20,000 nucleotides of DNA from an uncultured virus (IMG/VR IMGVR_UViG_3300042505_001288) (IMGVR_UViG_3300042505_001288); one strand, 5' to 3'; positions 10,101 to 18,900 are shown, counted from the stretch's first letter. A program made the numbers and translations. Notes: a model not told the origin generated them from the letters alone.

Positions 10101-11963
10101 ATTAATATTGGTGGTGCCGGTTCTGATGTTTTTATTGGTACTACTGCTGGTAACTCTATTTTAGAGGTTCGAGGTAATGCAACTAGTGGTATTGCTACTA
10201 TTAGAACTAATTCTGGTGTTACAACCGTAAGTGTATTCGATACACAGGCAACAACTGGATCATTATTTAATGCAGCTCCGAGTGTTAGTATTGGTAATGC
10301 TATCGCATCAGCTAATACTACAATTAGAACATTAAATATATTTACATCAATCCCTACTGCTACAACTTCCAGTCAATCAATACTGACATTTGGTGCAGCG
10401 GTCACTAGTGGTACTAATAAAATTGTTATTAATGCTGGTACTGGCGCAACGGTGGCATTTGATTCTGGATTGGCTTCTGCAACTGCAACACTTTTTGCAA
10501 CAACTACTGGAACTGTTAAACTTGCTGAAAATTCTACTACACTTGCAATTCAAGGTACTACTACATCTGGTACAACAACTACAATTGCAGCATTATCGGC
10601 AAATAATAATAATACTCTGACATTTGGTGGATTAGCAACTTCTGCAACTAATAAAATAGTTATTAATGCATCTGGTAACGGTATTGCAACATTAGATGCT
10701 GGTAATTCTGGTGCTACTGGTAATATATTTCCAATTATTACAGGTACTGTAAACTATTCAACACTAGCAACTACTGTTGGTATATCTAATACCACCGCAT
10801 CGGCAGTTAGTGTTAATATTGCAACAGTAGCGACAGGTGGTGCATCGACATTAACATTTGGTGGTGCAGTATCAGGTAATACCGTTAAAATACGCAGTAC
10901 AGGAGCTGGAACAATTAATTTAACAACTGATGTTACTAGTGGTTCAGTAAATATTTTTCCAAGTGTAACCGGTACAATTACTTTAGGTTCATCGACAATT
11001 GCAACAGGTGGAACTGGTGTTGTTAAACTAGGAACCTCACCTAGCCAATCCGCTACTGGAACTGAAGTTGTAACAGCAGATTGGGTTATTAATAATGTTG
11101 GTGCGATTAATTCAGTTGTTACCGATTTGGGTTCATCTCTTACTGCTAATCAAGTTATAGATACCTCTACTTCTGGTGCTGGAGTATTCAATACATCTAC
11201 ATATCGTTCTGCAAAATACATTGTTCAAGCAACACAGTATGGTTCTACATCAATGAGAACTCAGACATCTGAAATTCTAGTAACACATGATGCACCATTT
11301 GTAACAACAACTGGATTTGCTGGAAGTGCAACTGGTTCAACTAGTGTTACATTAAGTAATGCATCTGCCGCTGCATATTATGGTTTATATATAGGTATGA
11401 CAGTTGCAATCTACACAATTAGTGGTTCTGATACAATTTCAGGTGGTACTGGTGTTATTACTTCAATAACACCTGGTACATCTATTGTTATTTCTACATC
11501 AAGTGGTAATACAACCATAACATCTGGAACCGTATTAAAAGCATATGTTGCAAATCCAAATTTCTCTGGAAATATTTCAACAACTGGTGCATCAATTACT
11601 GCAGTAACTACCACTACTGGTGTTTTATACCCAGGAATACAATTTGTATATAGTACCGTAACTTATACAGTAACTGCAATCTCTACTAATGGTTCAACTG
11701 TAACTGGAACATTATCTGCATCACCTGGAAACTTGGTTAGTGTTGCAATTACCGGTAAAGTTAATATTTGGATGACTGAATATGCAGTTCTTGAAACTAA
11801 TGGAACTGTTGCAACCATAACAGCAGATATTAATGCATCTTCTCCATATAATATTAGATTGTATGCATCACCATCTACTACTGTTAGTGCTGGTGGTATT
11901 AGTATTGGGACTTTACAAAAAACAATATTCAAAATGGAAAAGGAATTGATTGAGCTAGCTTAA
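7167..11963 (+). CDS. Very large Thr/Gly/Ser/Ala-rich tail fibre protein (1598 aa)
   Basis: Strong RBS and a long uninterrupted ORF. Fibre motifs include GAMEWDG, GVLPVANGGTG and GGDLAVNG, plus 78-aa T(F/Y)GG repeats. The C-terminal YRSAKYIVQ...SEILVTHD...MTEYAVL domain is paralogous to the end of 3266..7141. Confidence 0.85.
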   Translation: MSTTNKQFLTRAGVNLPAGTSTQAPLIFQNGTNLTTPVIGAMEWDGYNLTITEYSSNGTNSSAPATTVRRTLAYNDSTLLPKVDTLTANGTTQATTTAKITNDVVYVSGASVSTGPGYNGVILPPAVPGRKVTIINISTNPINIWPYPVVSDLTGVSSTGTTLNVSSTTNLYPGMILTNTNFVGGVAKIISITGNTTVVIDATPTTALSGATVSISNGGTGRINGSAVNQAYALDKSSSIEMVAYDSVYWYTLAATPLNATGVSTSNYTIGDLIVANGATSLGVINDIAVGSVLLSGGVGASPTYGKVNLTTVVSGVLPVANGGTGTTGSGLLASGSSYDIVTTGVTSLNIGSAATSINIGASTGTTTINNDLTVAGNLIVGGDQVINNTTNTSIEDTIFEMNHPSAGWLSSDSGADIGTKFDWFKSSGNYLIVTGGSSTGTTCTLNVPVYIPAGAIITIAGVTPASFNGTFVVTSATSGATPTITYTSGTSYTGAVTTSGALGSVIKEVKFTGTSFTWAANVITVSYTGPALPLVTVLSPTYSSASNIITHSGAVVVYPGMFLTGANITAGTYVVSVTDTTHFTTNIKPTGSNSGSILAGAMVTIAGTTNYNGTYYIATASANSFTISKNGSAATESSGTFTFDHRYAFAGWTNDAQAFEYYKEGEETSTGVFTGAYGSIKGGQFQTPSSALSIGNTDITSGISLKIPTNTVYDIDSSTSATVAQGSVISVGQQTIGAKNATITYTNLASLYIANAPTTGSNVTGTNKYAIQVAAGNTLLGGDLAVNGSNLTTTQSTFNLLNVTATTINAFGAGTTVNIATPATTGSTATSVNISNKTTAATTLSVGTASTSASTFTFGGAITTGTNTVKIGSGTGGTVAFDSGLAGATATLFASTTGTVRIAEASTTVTLQNTTTSASTLNIATATGNNSNTLTYGGLATTATNKIVINAANGGITTLDAGNAGATGNLFPIITGNINIGGAGSDVFIGTTAGNSILEVRGNATSGIATIRTNSGVTTVSVFDTQATTGSLFNAAPSVSIGNAIASANTTIRTLNIFTSIPTATTSSQSILTFGAAVTSGTNKIVINAGTGATVAFDSGLASATATLFATTTGTVKLAENSTTLAIQGTTTSGTTTTIAALSANNNNTLTFGGLATSATNKIVINASGNGIATLDAGNSGATGNIFPIITGTVNYSTLATTVGISNTTASAVSVNIATVATGGASTLTFGGAVSGNTVKIRSTGAGTINLTTDVTSGSVNIFPSVTGTITLGSSTIATGGTGVVKLGTSPSQSATGTEVVTADWVINNVGAINSVVTDLGSSLTANQVIDTSTSGAGVFNTSTYRSAKYIVQATQYGSTSMRTQTSEILVTHDAPFVTTTGFAGSATGSTSVTLSNASAAAYYGLYIGMTVAIYTISGSDTISGGTGVITSITPGTSIVISTSSGNTTITSGTVLKAYVANPNFSGNISTTGASITAVTTTTGVLYPGIQFVYSTVTYTVTAISTNGSTVTGTLSASPGNLVSVAITGKVNIWMTEYAVLETNGTVATITADINASSPYNIRLYASPSTTVSAGGISIGTLQKTIFKMEKELIELA
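9738..10985 (+). repeat. Internal 234-bp (78 aa) repeat units, including a 360-bp duplication at 648-bp offset
   Basis: T(F/Y)G(G/A) motifs start at 9738, 9972, 10386, 10620 and 10854. Segment 9738-10097 aligns with 10386-10745 (e.g. GTVAFDSGLAGATATLFASTTG vs ATVAFDSGLASATATLFATTTG; GGLATTATNKIVINA vs GGLATSATNKIVINA). Confidence 0.9.
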
Positions 11964-11978
11964 TAACTTTATCAACTG

Positions 11979-12010
11979 AAAAAGAAGGGCTGTATATACA
12001 GCCCTTTTTT
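11979..12010 (+). terminator. Intrinsic (probably bidirectional) terminator
   Basis: Perfect 22-bp palindrome AAGGGCTGTATATACAGCCCTT (11985-12006), with an upstream A tract (11979-11983) and a downstream T6 tract (12005-12010), starting ~15 nt after the stop at 11963. Confidence 0.9.
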
Positions 12011-12017
12011 ATAAATA
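12010..12017 (+). promoter_or_regulatory. T4-type late promoter TATAAATA
   Basis: Exact match to the gp55-dependent late promoter consensus, in an intergenic gap 32 nt upstream of ATG 12050. Confidence 0.8.
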
Positions 12018-12049
12018 CAGTATACAAATTTTGTGGATAGGGAAACAAA

Positions 12050-12754
12050 ATGTCAAACATCTTAAAAGAATTCAACGTAAAACATGGTGCACTTATTGGT
12101 ACCAATAATGCTAATTATGTCCAAATATTGGGATCTGCATCTGGAAACTCGGTTGCAATCAATGCACAGGGTACTGATACCGATATAAGTATATCACTTG
12201 TGCCAAAAGGTACTGGAACTGTCATTATTCCAGCTGGAACATTATCGGTTATTTCTGGCACGAACAATGGAATACTATACCTGAACAGTTCAGGTATTGT
12301 TACAACAGATTCCGGGTTAACATTTACTGGAACAAATGTTGGTATTGGTACCAGTTCTCCTAGTTATAAATTGCATGTAGTTGGATCATTTGCTGCAACT
12401 ACAAAGTCATTTTTGATTGACCATCCTACTAAAATAGGTATGAAACTACGGTATGGCAGTTTAGAATCACCATATCATGGTGTTCGTTTAACTGGAGAAG
12501 CAACATTATTAGATAATATGGCAATTATAAAATTACCGGAGTATATACATGGCCTATGCAAAAAAGAAGGATCGCAAGTCCAGATAACTAATATTAGACA
12601 TAGTAAAATTATTTGGGTAGAAGATATTGATATTGATAATGACAATTTTACTGTTGCAATCGATAGAGATGAAAATGATAAAAAAGAATACTCATTTTAT
12701 TGGTCATTTACTGCAATTAGAAAGGATATAGAAGATATGGTAGTGGAATTTTAA
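12050..12754 (+). CDS. Short phage fibre-like protein (234 aa) with a conserved C-terminal KSFLIDHP...RKD domain
   Basis: N-terminal KEFNVKHG, a DISISLVPKGTG linker and an NVGIGTSSPSYKLHVVG fibre repeat. Then TKSFLIDHPTK...LRYGSLESP...LPEY...VQIT...AIRKDIEDMVVEF, a C-terminal domain common in phage fibres (possibly chaperone-like; inference). Confidence 0.75.
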   Translation: MSNILKEFNVKHGALIGTNNANYVQILGSASGNSVAINAQGTDTDISISLVPKGTGTVIIPAGTLSVISGTNNGILYLNSSGIVTTDSGLTFTGTNVGIGTSSPSYKLHVVGSFAATTKSFLIDHPTKIGMKLRYGSLESPYHGVRLTGEATLLDNMAIIKLPEYIHGLCKKEGSQVQITNIRHSKIIWVEDIDIDNDNFTVAIDRDENDKKEYSFYWSFTAIRKDIEDMVVEF

Positions 12755-13917
12755 TGGGTATCTCCTATAATCCATCTATTGTCACAGATGGATTAGTATT
12801 GCATTTAGATGCAGCTAATCCAAAAAGTTTTAGTCCAAACGTACATCCTAACCCAACGGATTTGTATGGATGGAAGACTAGTGCATCTCGTGCTACAATA
12901 TCTCGTGATACATCTATGAGTTCACCTGTTGGTAATACACCGATGAAAATGGTAATTACCGGGGACGATCCCTTTCAAAATACAACAGATATAAAATTAG
13001 CTGATGCTGCATCTGGTCAATCCTGGACTGTTAGCGCATATGTAAAAGGTTCTGTTACAACAACTGGGCAATTTTTTATTTTAGGATTAGATATATCCAA
13101 TGGATATGTTGAAGCACCATCTGGGGCAATTAATATAACTCCTGATTGGACACGAGTTTCATTTACCACAACATTAACTAATGCTAATACCGTAGGTATT
13201 GCAATAAGATTAGATGGAACTGATGCTAGTGGCACAGGAAATATTATTTGGTGGGATGGCGTTCAAGTTGAGCGTTCATCAACCGCTACCACCTTTAATT
13301 CATTTACTAATCCAAATAGAGCAAACTGGACTAATCTTATAACACCAACAAATGCAACTTTGTATGCTAGTCCGGTATTCAGCTCAAATATGTTAACGTT
13401 TGATGGTTCTACTAATTACGTAGATTTTTCCGCAGGAACGTTGGGTGATGTTATTACTGTGGAAATGGTAGCAAAATTAAAAAGTTTTAGTGGAAAAATG
13501 CCATTTGGATTTACTGGGTATGATGTCTATGCAAGTGGCGGACAAATGGGATTTAATACTGGAGCGGGTGATAGATACGGTTTGACCTCAACTCAAACAA
13601 CAGATCTTGGGTTATTGAATACCTGGAAACATTATTGTTTTGTAATGGTTAACAATACATCGTTATCAAACAACCCCTATACAAATAATAAAATTTACAT
13701 TAATACTGTTAATCAAACATTATCACAAACGGCTGGTACTCAAAGCGCACCGTTAAGAAGTTTTACTGCAGGTACTGGTAGAATATCAGGATGGACAACT
13801 GATTCGCTGTATAAAATTCCCATGGATTTGATAACATTTAAAATATACAATAAGCAATTATCTCAGACTGAAATTCAACAAAATTTTAATGCATTACGTG
13901 GGAGATATGGATTATGA
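12754..13917 (+). CDS. LamG/concanavalin-A-like lectin domain protein with an inserted carbohydrate-binding-module-like domain (387 aa)
   Basis: TAATG overlap with the upstream gene. IVTDGLVLHLDAANPKS at the N-terminus; FDGSTNYV, NTWKHYCFV and FKIYNKQLSQTEIQQNFNALRGRYGL at the C-terminus. The insert has WTVSAYVKG...WTRVSFT...WDGVQVE (CBM4/9-like). Confidence 0.85.
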   Translation: MGISYNPSIVTDGLVLHLDAANPKSFSPNVHPNPTDLYGWKTSASRATISRDTSMSSPVGNTPMKMVITGDDPFQNTTDIKLADAASGQSWTVSAYVKGSVTTTGQFFILGLDISNGYVEAPSGAINITPDWTRVSFTTTLTNANTVGIAIRLDGTDASGTGNIIWWDGVQVERSSTATTFNSFTNPNRANWTNLITPTNATLYASPVFSSNMLTFDGSTNYVDFSAGTLGDVITVEMVAKLKSFSGKMPFGFTGYDVYASGGQMGFNTGAGDRYGLTSTQTTDLGLLNTWKHYCFVMVNNTSLSNNPYTNNKIYINTVNQTLSQTAGTQSAPLRSFTAGTGRISGWTTDSLYKIPMDLITFKIYNKQLSQTEIQQNFNALRGRYGL

Positions 13918-14663
13918 GTTTAAACCATTCACCATCTATCATTACCAGTAATCTATTATTATGTTTAGATGCTGCTAATATAAAAAGTTATCCTGGTTCT
14001 GGTTCTAGTATAGTAGACGTTAGTGGTAACGGAAATACTTTTACGTTAAACAACTCTTCTTATTATTCGTACGATAATACTACAAAATCAATAAATTTTA
14101 CTCGTGATGCGTCTACTAAAATAGGTGGATATGCTGTACGAAACACAAGCGGATTATTAGGTTCGCAAAGCTATTTGTATAATGATCATACCACTGAAGT
14201 ATGGGCTAGAATTAATGATGCTGCTCCTGGAAATTATGATGCAACTGAAACTTTTAGTGCATTAATTGCATATCAAGGTTTTCATTGTATGTTTTTGTAT
14301 AACTCTACTGTACTCAGATACAGTTTATGGACTAATACAGGTCCGGCTAATCCGATGACATCTAGTTTAGTTATTGGTACTGATATAATAGTTGGAAATT
14401 GGTTCCAAGTTGCGGTTACTAAAAGCGGTTCAATTTTTAAAACTTATCTAAATGGTGTGTTGAAAAAAACTGATACTATAGATACTATTCCATTTACTGG
14501 GGTTCAAAGTGTATTGCGTGTTGGTGCTGCTAATAATGTTGGTAGTTATTCGTATTATTCCAAATCCAATATTAGCAATGTTAAGATGTATAATCGTGCA
14601 TTAACTGAATTGGAAATCAAACAAAACTTTAATGCGCTACGTGGGAGATTTGGATTATGAGTT
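13870..14663 (+). repeat. Near-identical 51-bp gene-junction repeats (13870-13920 and 14613-14663)
   Basis: gaaattcaacaaaattttaatgcattacgtgggagatatggattatgagtt vs gaaatcaaacaaaactttaatgcgctacgtgggagatttggattatgagtt, 45/51 identical by hand count. A partial third copy starts at 15878. Confidence 0.85.
13914..14660 (+). CDS. LamG/concanavalin-A-like lectin domain protein (248 aa)
   Basis: ATGA overlap. LLLCLDAANIKSYPGSGS..DVSGNGN, TTEVW, WFQVAVT...TYLNG, ISNVKMYNRALTELEIKQNFNALRGRFGL. Confidence 0.88.
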   Translation: MSLNHSPSIITSNLLLCLDAANIKSYPGSGSSIVDVSGNGNTFTLNNSSYYSYDNTTKSINFTRDASTKIGGYAVRNTSGLLGSQSYLYNDHTTEVWARINDAAPGNYDATETFSALIAYQGFHCMFLYNSTVLRYSLWTNTGPANPMTSSLVIGTDIIVGNWFQVAVTKSGSIFKTYLNGVLKKTDTIDTIPFTGVQSVLRVGAANNVGSYSYYSKSNISNVKMYNRALTELEIKQNFNALRGRFGL

Positions 14664-15925
14664 GCTATAGTGGGCCAGAAATATCAAGTTCTGGATTGGT
14701 ATTATCGTTAGATCCAGCTAATATTAAAAGTTATAATCAATCGGAAAATTTATTAAAGTATAGTGAACAGTTTGAAAATGTTGTTTGGATTCGCACCAAC
14801 ACATCAGTGTCAACAAATATTGCAGTTGATCCTAATGAATACTTAACCGCTGACAAATTAATTGGTAATAATGGCGTTACTGGTAGAAAATCTATATGTC
14901 AACCATATACAAGTTTTATAGCTGGAACCACTTATACATTTAGTATATATTTAAAACAAGCTGGTTTCACCAATGCGATGATATGGATTGATACTGTTGA
15001 TTCATCACCAAATGCATACATGGGTGCAGTTAGTTTAATTAACCTGGCCGCAGGCACTGTTGCTGGTTCGCAAACTACAATCGTTAATGCGTCAAATGGT
15101 TGGTATAGATGTTATATTACTTTTACTGCTACAGTATCTGGTACTTACAATCTACAAATTAGCTTAGGTGAGGCTAATGGTAGCGGGACTGCTGCTGGTG
15201 ATGGTGTATCTGGTATTTATTTATGGGGTGCTCAATTAGAAATAGGTGCATCGTTAACCGCTTATACGTCAACTATTGGTTCTATAATTACTCGATCTAC
15301 CGCAGTCTCTGACATTAGTAATAACACCAATACTGGTACATTAGTAAATTCTCCGGTTTACAGTCCTGCTGGGTATTTTAGTTATGATTATACTAAATCA
15401 CAACAATTAACCTTTGCTAATAACCCTAATCTACAATTCTTGGGTAATTCACCATATACATTAGAAGCATGGATATATCCTACTAGAAATCCAGGAGCAT
15501 CAAATTATACTGGTATTTTTGACCGTGAAAGCAATCCTGGGTCTGGACGAGATGGGTATAATTTATACTTTCTTGGTGGTACTGCTGGGGCTACTACCCA
15601 AATTACTGCCGAACGATTTTCTGCGGGTACAGCTTCTGCTACTTGGATAACATTATATGAAAGTGTGTCAGTAAATGCATGGCATCATATTGTAGCAACC
15701 TATGATGGTAGTTTATTGCGAATATATAGAAATGGTTTGTTTGTTGCTGCAAGTGGTGCAGCAACTGGTGCTATTACTAATACCGTTAAAACATTAACAA
15801 TAGGTGTGCGTGGCGGTAATCGGTTTGACGGTAGAATTGGTGTTACTAATATTTACAATCGAGCATTATCAGCATCAGAAATCAAACAAAATTTTAATGC
15901 TTATAGAAGTAAGTATGGTATTTGA
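14657..15925 (+). CDS. LamG/concanavalin-A-like lectin domain protein with an inserted CBM-like domain (422 aa)
   Basis: ATGA overlap. GLVLSLDPANIKSY, then an insert ENLLKYSEQF...TYTFSIYLK...NGWYRC...WGAQLE, then YTLEAWIYP, WHHIVATYDGS..RIYRNG, FDGRIG...IYNRALSASEIKQNFNA. Confidence 0.88.
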   Translation: MSCYSGPEISSSGLVLSLDPANIKSYNQSENLLKYSEQFENVVWIRTNTSVSTNIAVDPNEYLTADKLIGNNGVTGRKSICQPYTSFIAGTTYTFSIYLKQAGFTNAMIWIDTVDSSPNAYMGAVSLINLAAGTVAGSQTTIVNASNGWYRCYITFTATVSGTYNLQISLGEANGSGTAAGDGVSGIYLWGAQLEIGASLTAYTSTIGSIITRSTAVSDISNNTNTGTLVNSPVYSPAGYFSYDYTKSQQLTFANNPNLQFLGNSPYTLEAWIYPTRNPGASNYTGIFDRESNPGSGRDGYNLYFLGGTAGATTQITAERFSAGTASATWITLYESVSVNAWHHIVATYDGSLLRIYRNGLFVAASGAATGAITNTVKTLTIGVRGGNRFDGRIGVTNIYNRALSASEIKQNFNAYRSKYGI

Positions 15926-15931
15926 TAAATA
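15924..15931 (+). promoter_or_regulatory. T4-type late promoter motif GATAAATA
   Basis: One mismatch to TATAAATA, overlapping the upstream TGA. Followed by RBS AAGGA (15937-15941) and ATG 15950, the same layout as at 7137. Confidence 0.6.
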
Positions 15932-15949
15932 TTAAAAAGGAATTTTTAC

Positions 15950-18900
15950 ATGGCATTGACAGACAAAAATATTGTAATCACACCAAATATAGGACAAACA
16001 GCGGATCCTACTATTATATTTTCTGGTGCAGATTCTACAACAACAGCACAAAATATATCATTATCCGTATACCCAGCATCCAACGGAACATTAAGTTTCG
16101 ATGGATCATCCGGCCAATTATTCAGTATTACTAACAGTTTATCAGGAAGTATATTTTCTGTAAATGATGTTTCTGGTATTCCTAGTATTGAAGTATTAGA
16201 TACAGGTGCAGTTAAATTAGCGCAATATGGCGGTAATGTTGGTATTGGTGTTGCAACTCCAGGTGAGAAATTAGAAATTTCTGGTAATGTTAAAATCAGT
16301 GGAACAACTGAAACTTTAACTAAAACATCAACTATTGATGGTTGGACTTATTCTGGAAAAAGTATATCTGTATCTGCTCAAGAGAGTAATTATCGCGGTT
16401 TGAGTTTTAGCTCTGATGGAACTAAAATGTATTTGGTTGGACAAACCAATGATTCTGTTTATCAATATACACTCTCAACTCCATTTGACGTTTCTACTGC
16501 TACTTATGCAAGCAAATCGTTTTCCGTTTTAGCACAAGATACTGCATCCACTTCGATATTTTTTAAAACCGATGGATTAGCATTTTATGTGTTAGGCGAT
16601 ACTGTTGATACTGTTTTTCAATATACATTATCAACAGCCTGGGATATTTCAACTGCCACGTATGCTACAAAATCATTTTCAGTTACTACTCAAGAAACTG
16701 CTCCATCTGGGTTGGGAATTAGCCCTGATGGAACCAAGATGTATGTTATTGGGACTACTAATGATACTGTTTACCAATATACGTTATCCACAGCATGGGA
16801 TGTTTCAACTGCTGCATATGCTACAAAATCATTTTCTGTTACTACATTTGATGGAACGCCAACTGGTATTGAATTTAATGCTGATGGTACAAAAATGTAT
16901 GTTGTGGGTAGTGGTTACGACTGTATTATTGAATATACATTATCCACAGCATGGGATGTTTCAACTGCAGTTTATACTGATAGATTGCTGATATCCAATG
17001 GAATTAGTGTTATTAATCCACTTGGGTTATCAATAGCGAATGCTCCTCATGATATATACACAGATTTTTCCAATAATGTTGCGTATATTTTTGATCTTAA
17101 TACACAACGTGTATTTCAATATACAACAAATACCACGCCACTAAAAGTTAGTGGTAATAAATTAGTTGTTTCTCCATTAACCTATTTTAAAAATGATATA
17201 GAAACATTGGGTTCTATTCGTGCATTGGGGTTTTTAGAAGTTACTAACGGAGCAATATTATCTAGCACATTAAATGTTGGTGGTACATTAACTGCTAGTG
17301 GCTCATTAGTGGCCTCTTCAACAATAACTTTAAGCGGTGCAACCACTAGTGCAACAACAATTGGAACTACAGCAACAACTGGAACAACAACTATTGGCGG
17401 AACAAGTCAAACTGGTACTATTACTGTTGGTCAATCAACTGGTGCTCAAACATTAAATATTGCCAATGGTGCAACACTTACTGCTACAACTAAAACTGTC
17501 AATATTGGTACGAGTGGTGTTAGTGGTTCAACTACTAATATTAATATTGGTAGTGCTGTTAGTGGTGCAACTAGTAGTACAACAAATAATGGGGCATTAA
17601 GTGTTACTGGAACTTTAACAGCCACCTCAGTAATAACATTAAGCGGTGCAACCACTAGTGCAACAACAATTGGAACTACAGCAACAACTGGAACAACAAC
17701 TATTGGCGGAACAAGTCAAACTGGTTTAATTACCCTTGGTCAATCTACAGCTACACATACCTTGAATATTGATGCTGGTGCTACTATAAGTGGTGCTACT
17801 AAATCTATTGCTATTGGCACAGGTGGCGTAAGTGGATCAACTACTAATATCTCGATTGGTAGTAATGTTAGTGGTGCAACTAATAATATTACTATAAATG
17901 GATCAACCACTATAGTTAGTGCTACAAGTAGAGTTGGTATCAGCACTGATAGTGGTGGTAGTATTTCATTAGGAAGAATAGATAATACTGCTTCATCTCC
18001 TTATCTTGATTTCAATAGTGGTGCTACAACAGTAGATTATGATACTAGAATTATAGCTACTAGCGGTAATGGAGCTACTGGTAATGGAACTTTAGCTATC
18101 TATACAGGATCTGTTGGAATTGGAACAATAGGTTCAACTATAGCTGGTGCAGTTCATATTAGACGTGATGTTGATGGTGTAACTAATACAATAATTCAAA
18201 ATAGAAATGCAACTGGTACTCCATTATCGGCATTAACATTTATTTCAGGTGCATTTGATTATGCTGACGATAGATATGCACAAATTGTTTCAGGTGGCGG
18301 TAGTTCTAACTATCTAGCATTTAAAGTATCAAATGGTGCAACACCTTCTGAAAAATTAAGAATAGCTCCTTCAGGGAATATTCTTATTGGAACTAGTACT
18401 GATGATAGCACTGGTTTATTACAAGTTAATGGAACGATAACAGGAACAACTTTAAAATCTACGGTAGCAATTGGTACAGCACCATTTACGGTTTCCTCTA
18501 CTACTCTAGTTACGAATCTGAACGCTGATACATTAGATGGATACCATGCATCAAGTTTCTTAACAGCTGAAGCTGATACATTACAATCTGTAACAGGACG
18601 TGGAGCTACTTCTTCTGTTTCTACTATTTCCTTAACAGCAGCCACTGCATCAACTACAACTGGTACAGGTACATTAGTAGTAACAGGTGGGGTTGGTATC
18701 GGTGGTGATACCTATGTTGGTGGTAATTTAGTTGTTACTGGTACTATTACTGGTAGTAATCTAACATCGACCATAGATTTAACACCTGCTAATACATCTG
18801 GTGTTCAGCAAGGTATACGATTATATGATGCCGGAACTGGTTCAGGTGAGGGATTATATATTCAATGGGAATCTGCTAGTCGATCAGATGCAGCACAGAT

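Noticed and set aside
12754..15925. Invertible shufflon-type tail-fibre switch
   Set aside because: All cassettes are complete genes on the same strand. No inverted recombination sites or recombinase gene were seen.
16346..16969. Regular repeats as a CRISPR array
   Set aside because: The 156-bp period is a coding repeat with synonymous variation, not identical repeats separated by unique spacers.
17330..17725. Repeat pair as a diversity-generating retroelement TR/VR
   Set aside because: The copies are identical and in frame within one gene, with no adenine-specific mismatches and no reverse transcriptase in the window.
4057..18645. Numerous minus-strand ORFs (66-266 aa), e.g. 7160..7960, 9482..9994, 5695..6159
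   Set aside because: They are shadows of the Thr/Gly/Ala/Val-rich sense genes, lie almost entirely within them, and give low-complexity Val/Pro/Ala products with no RBS or recognisable motif.
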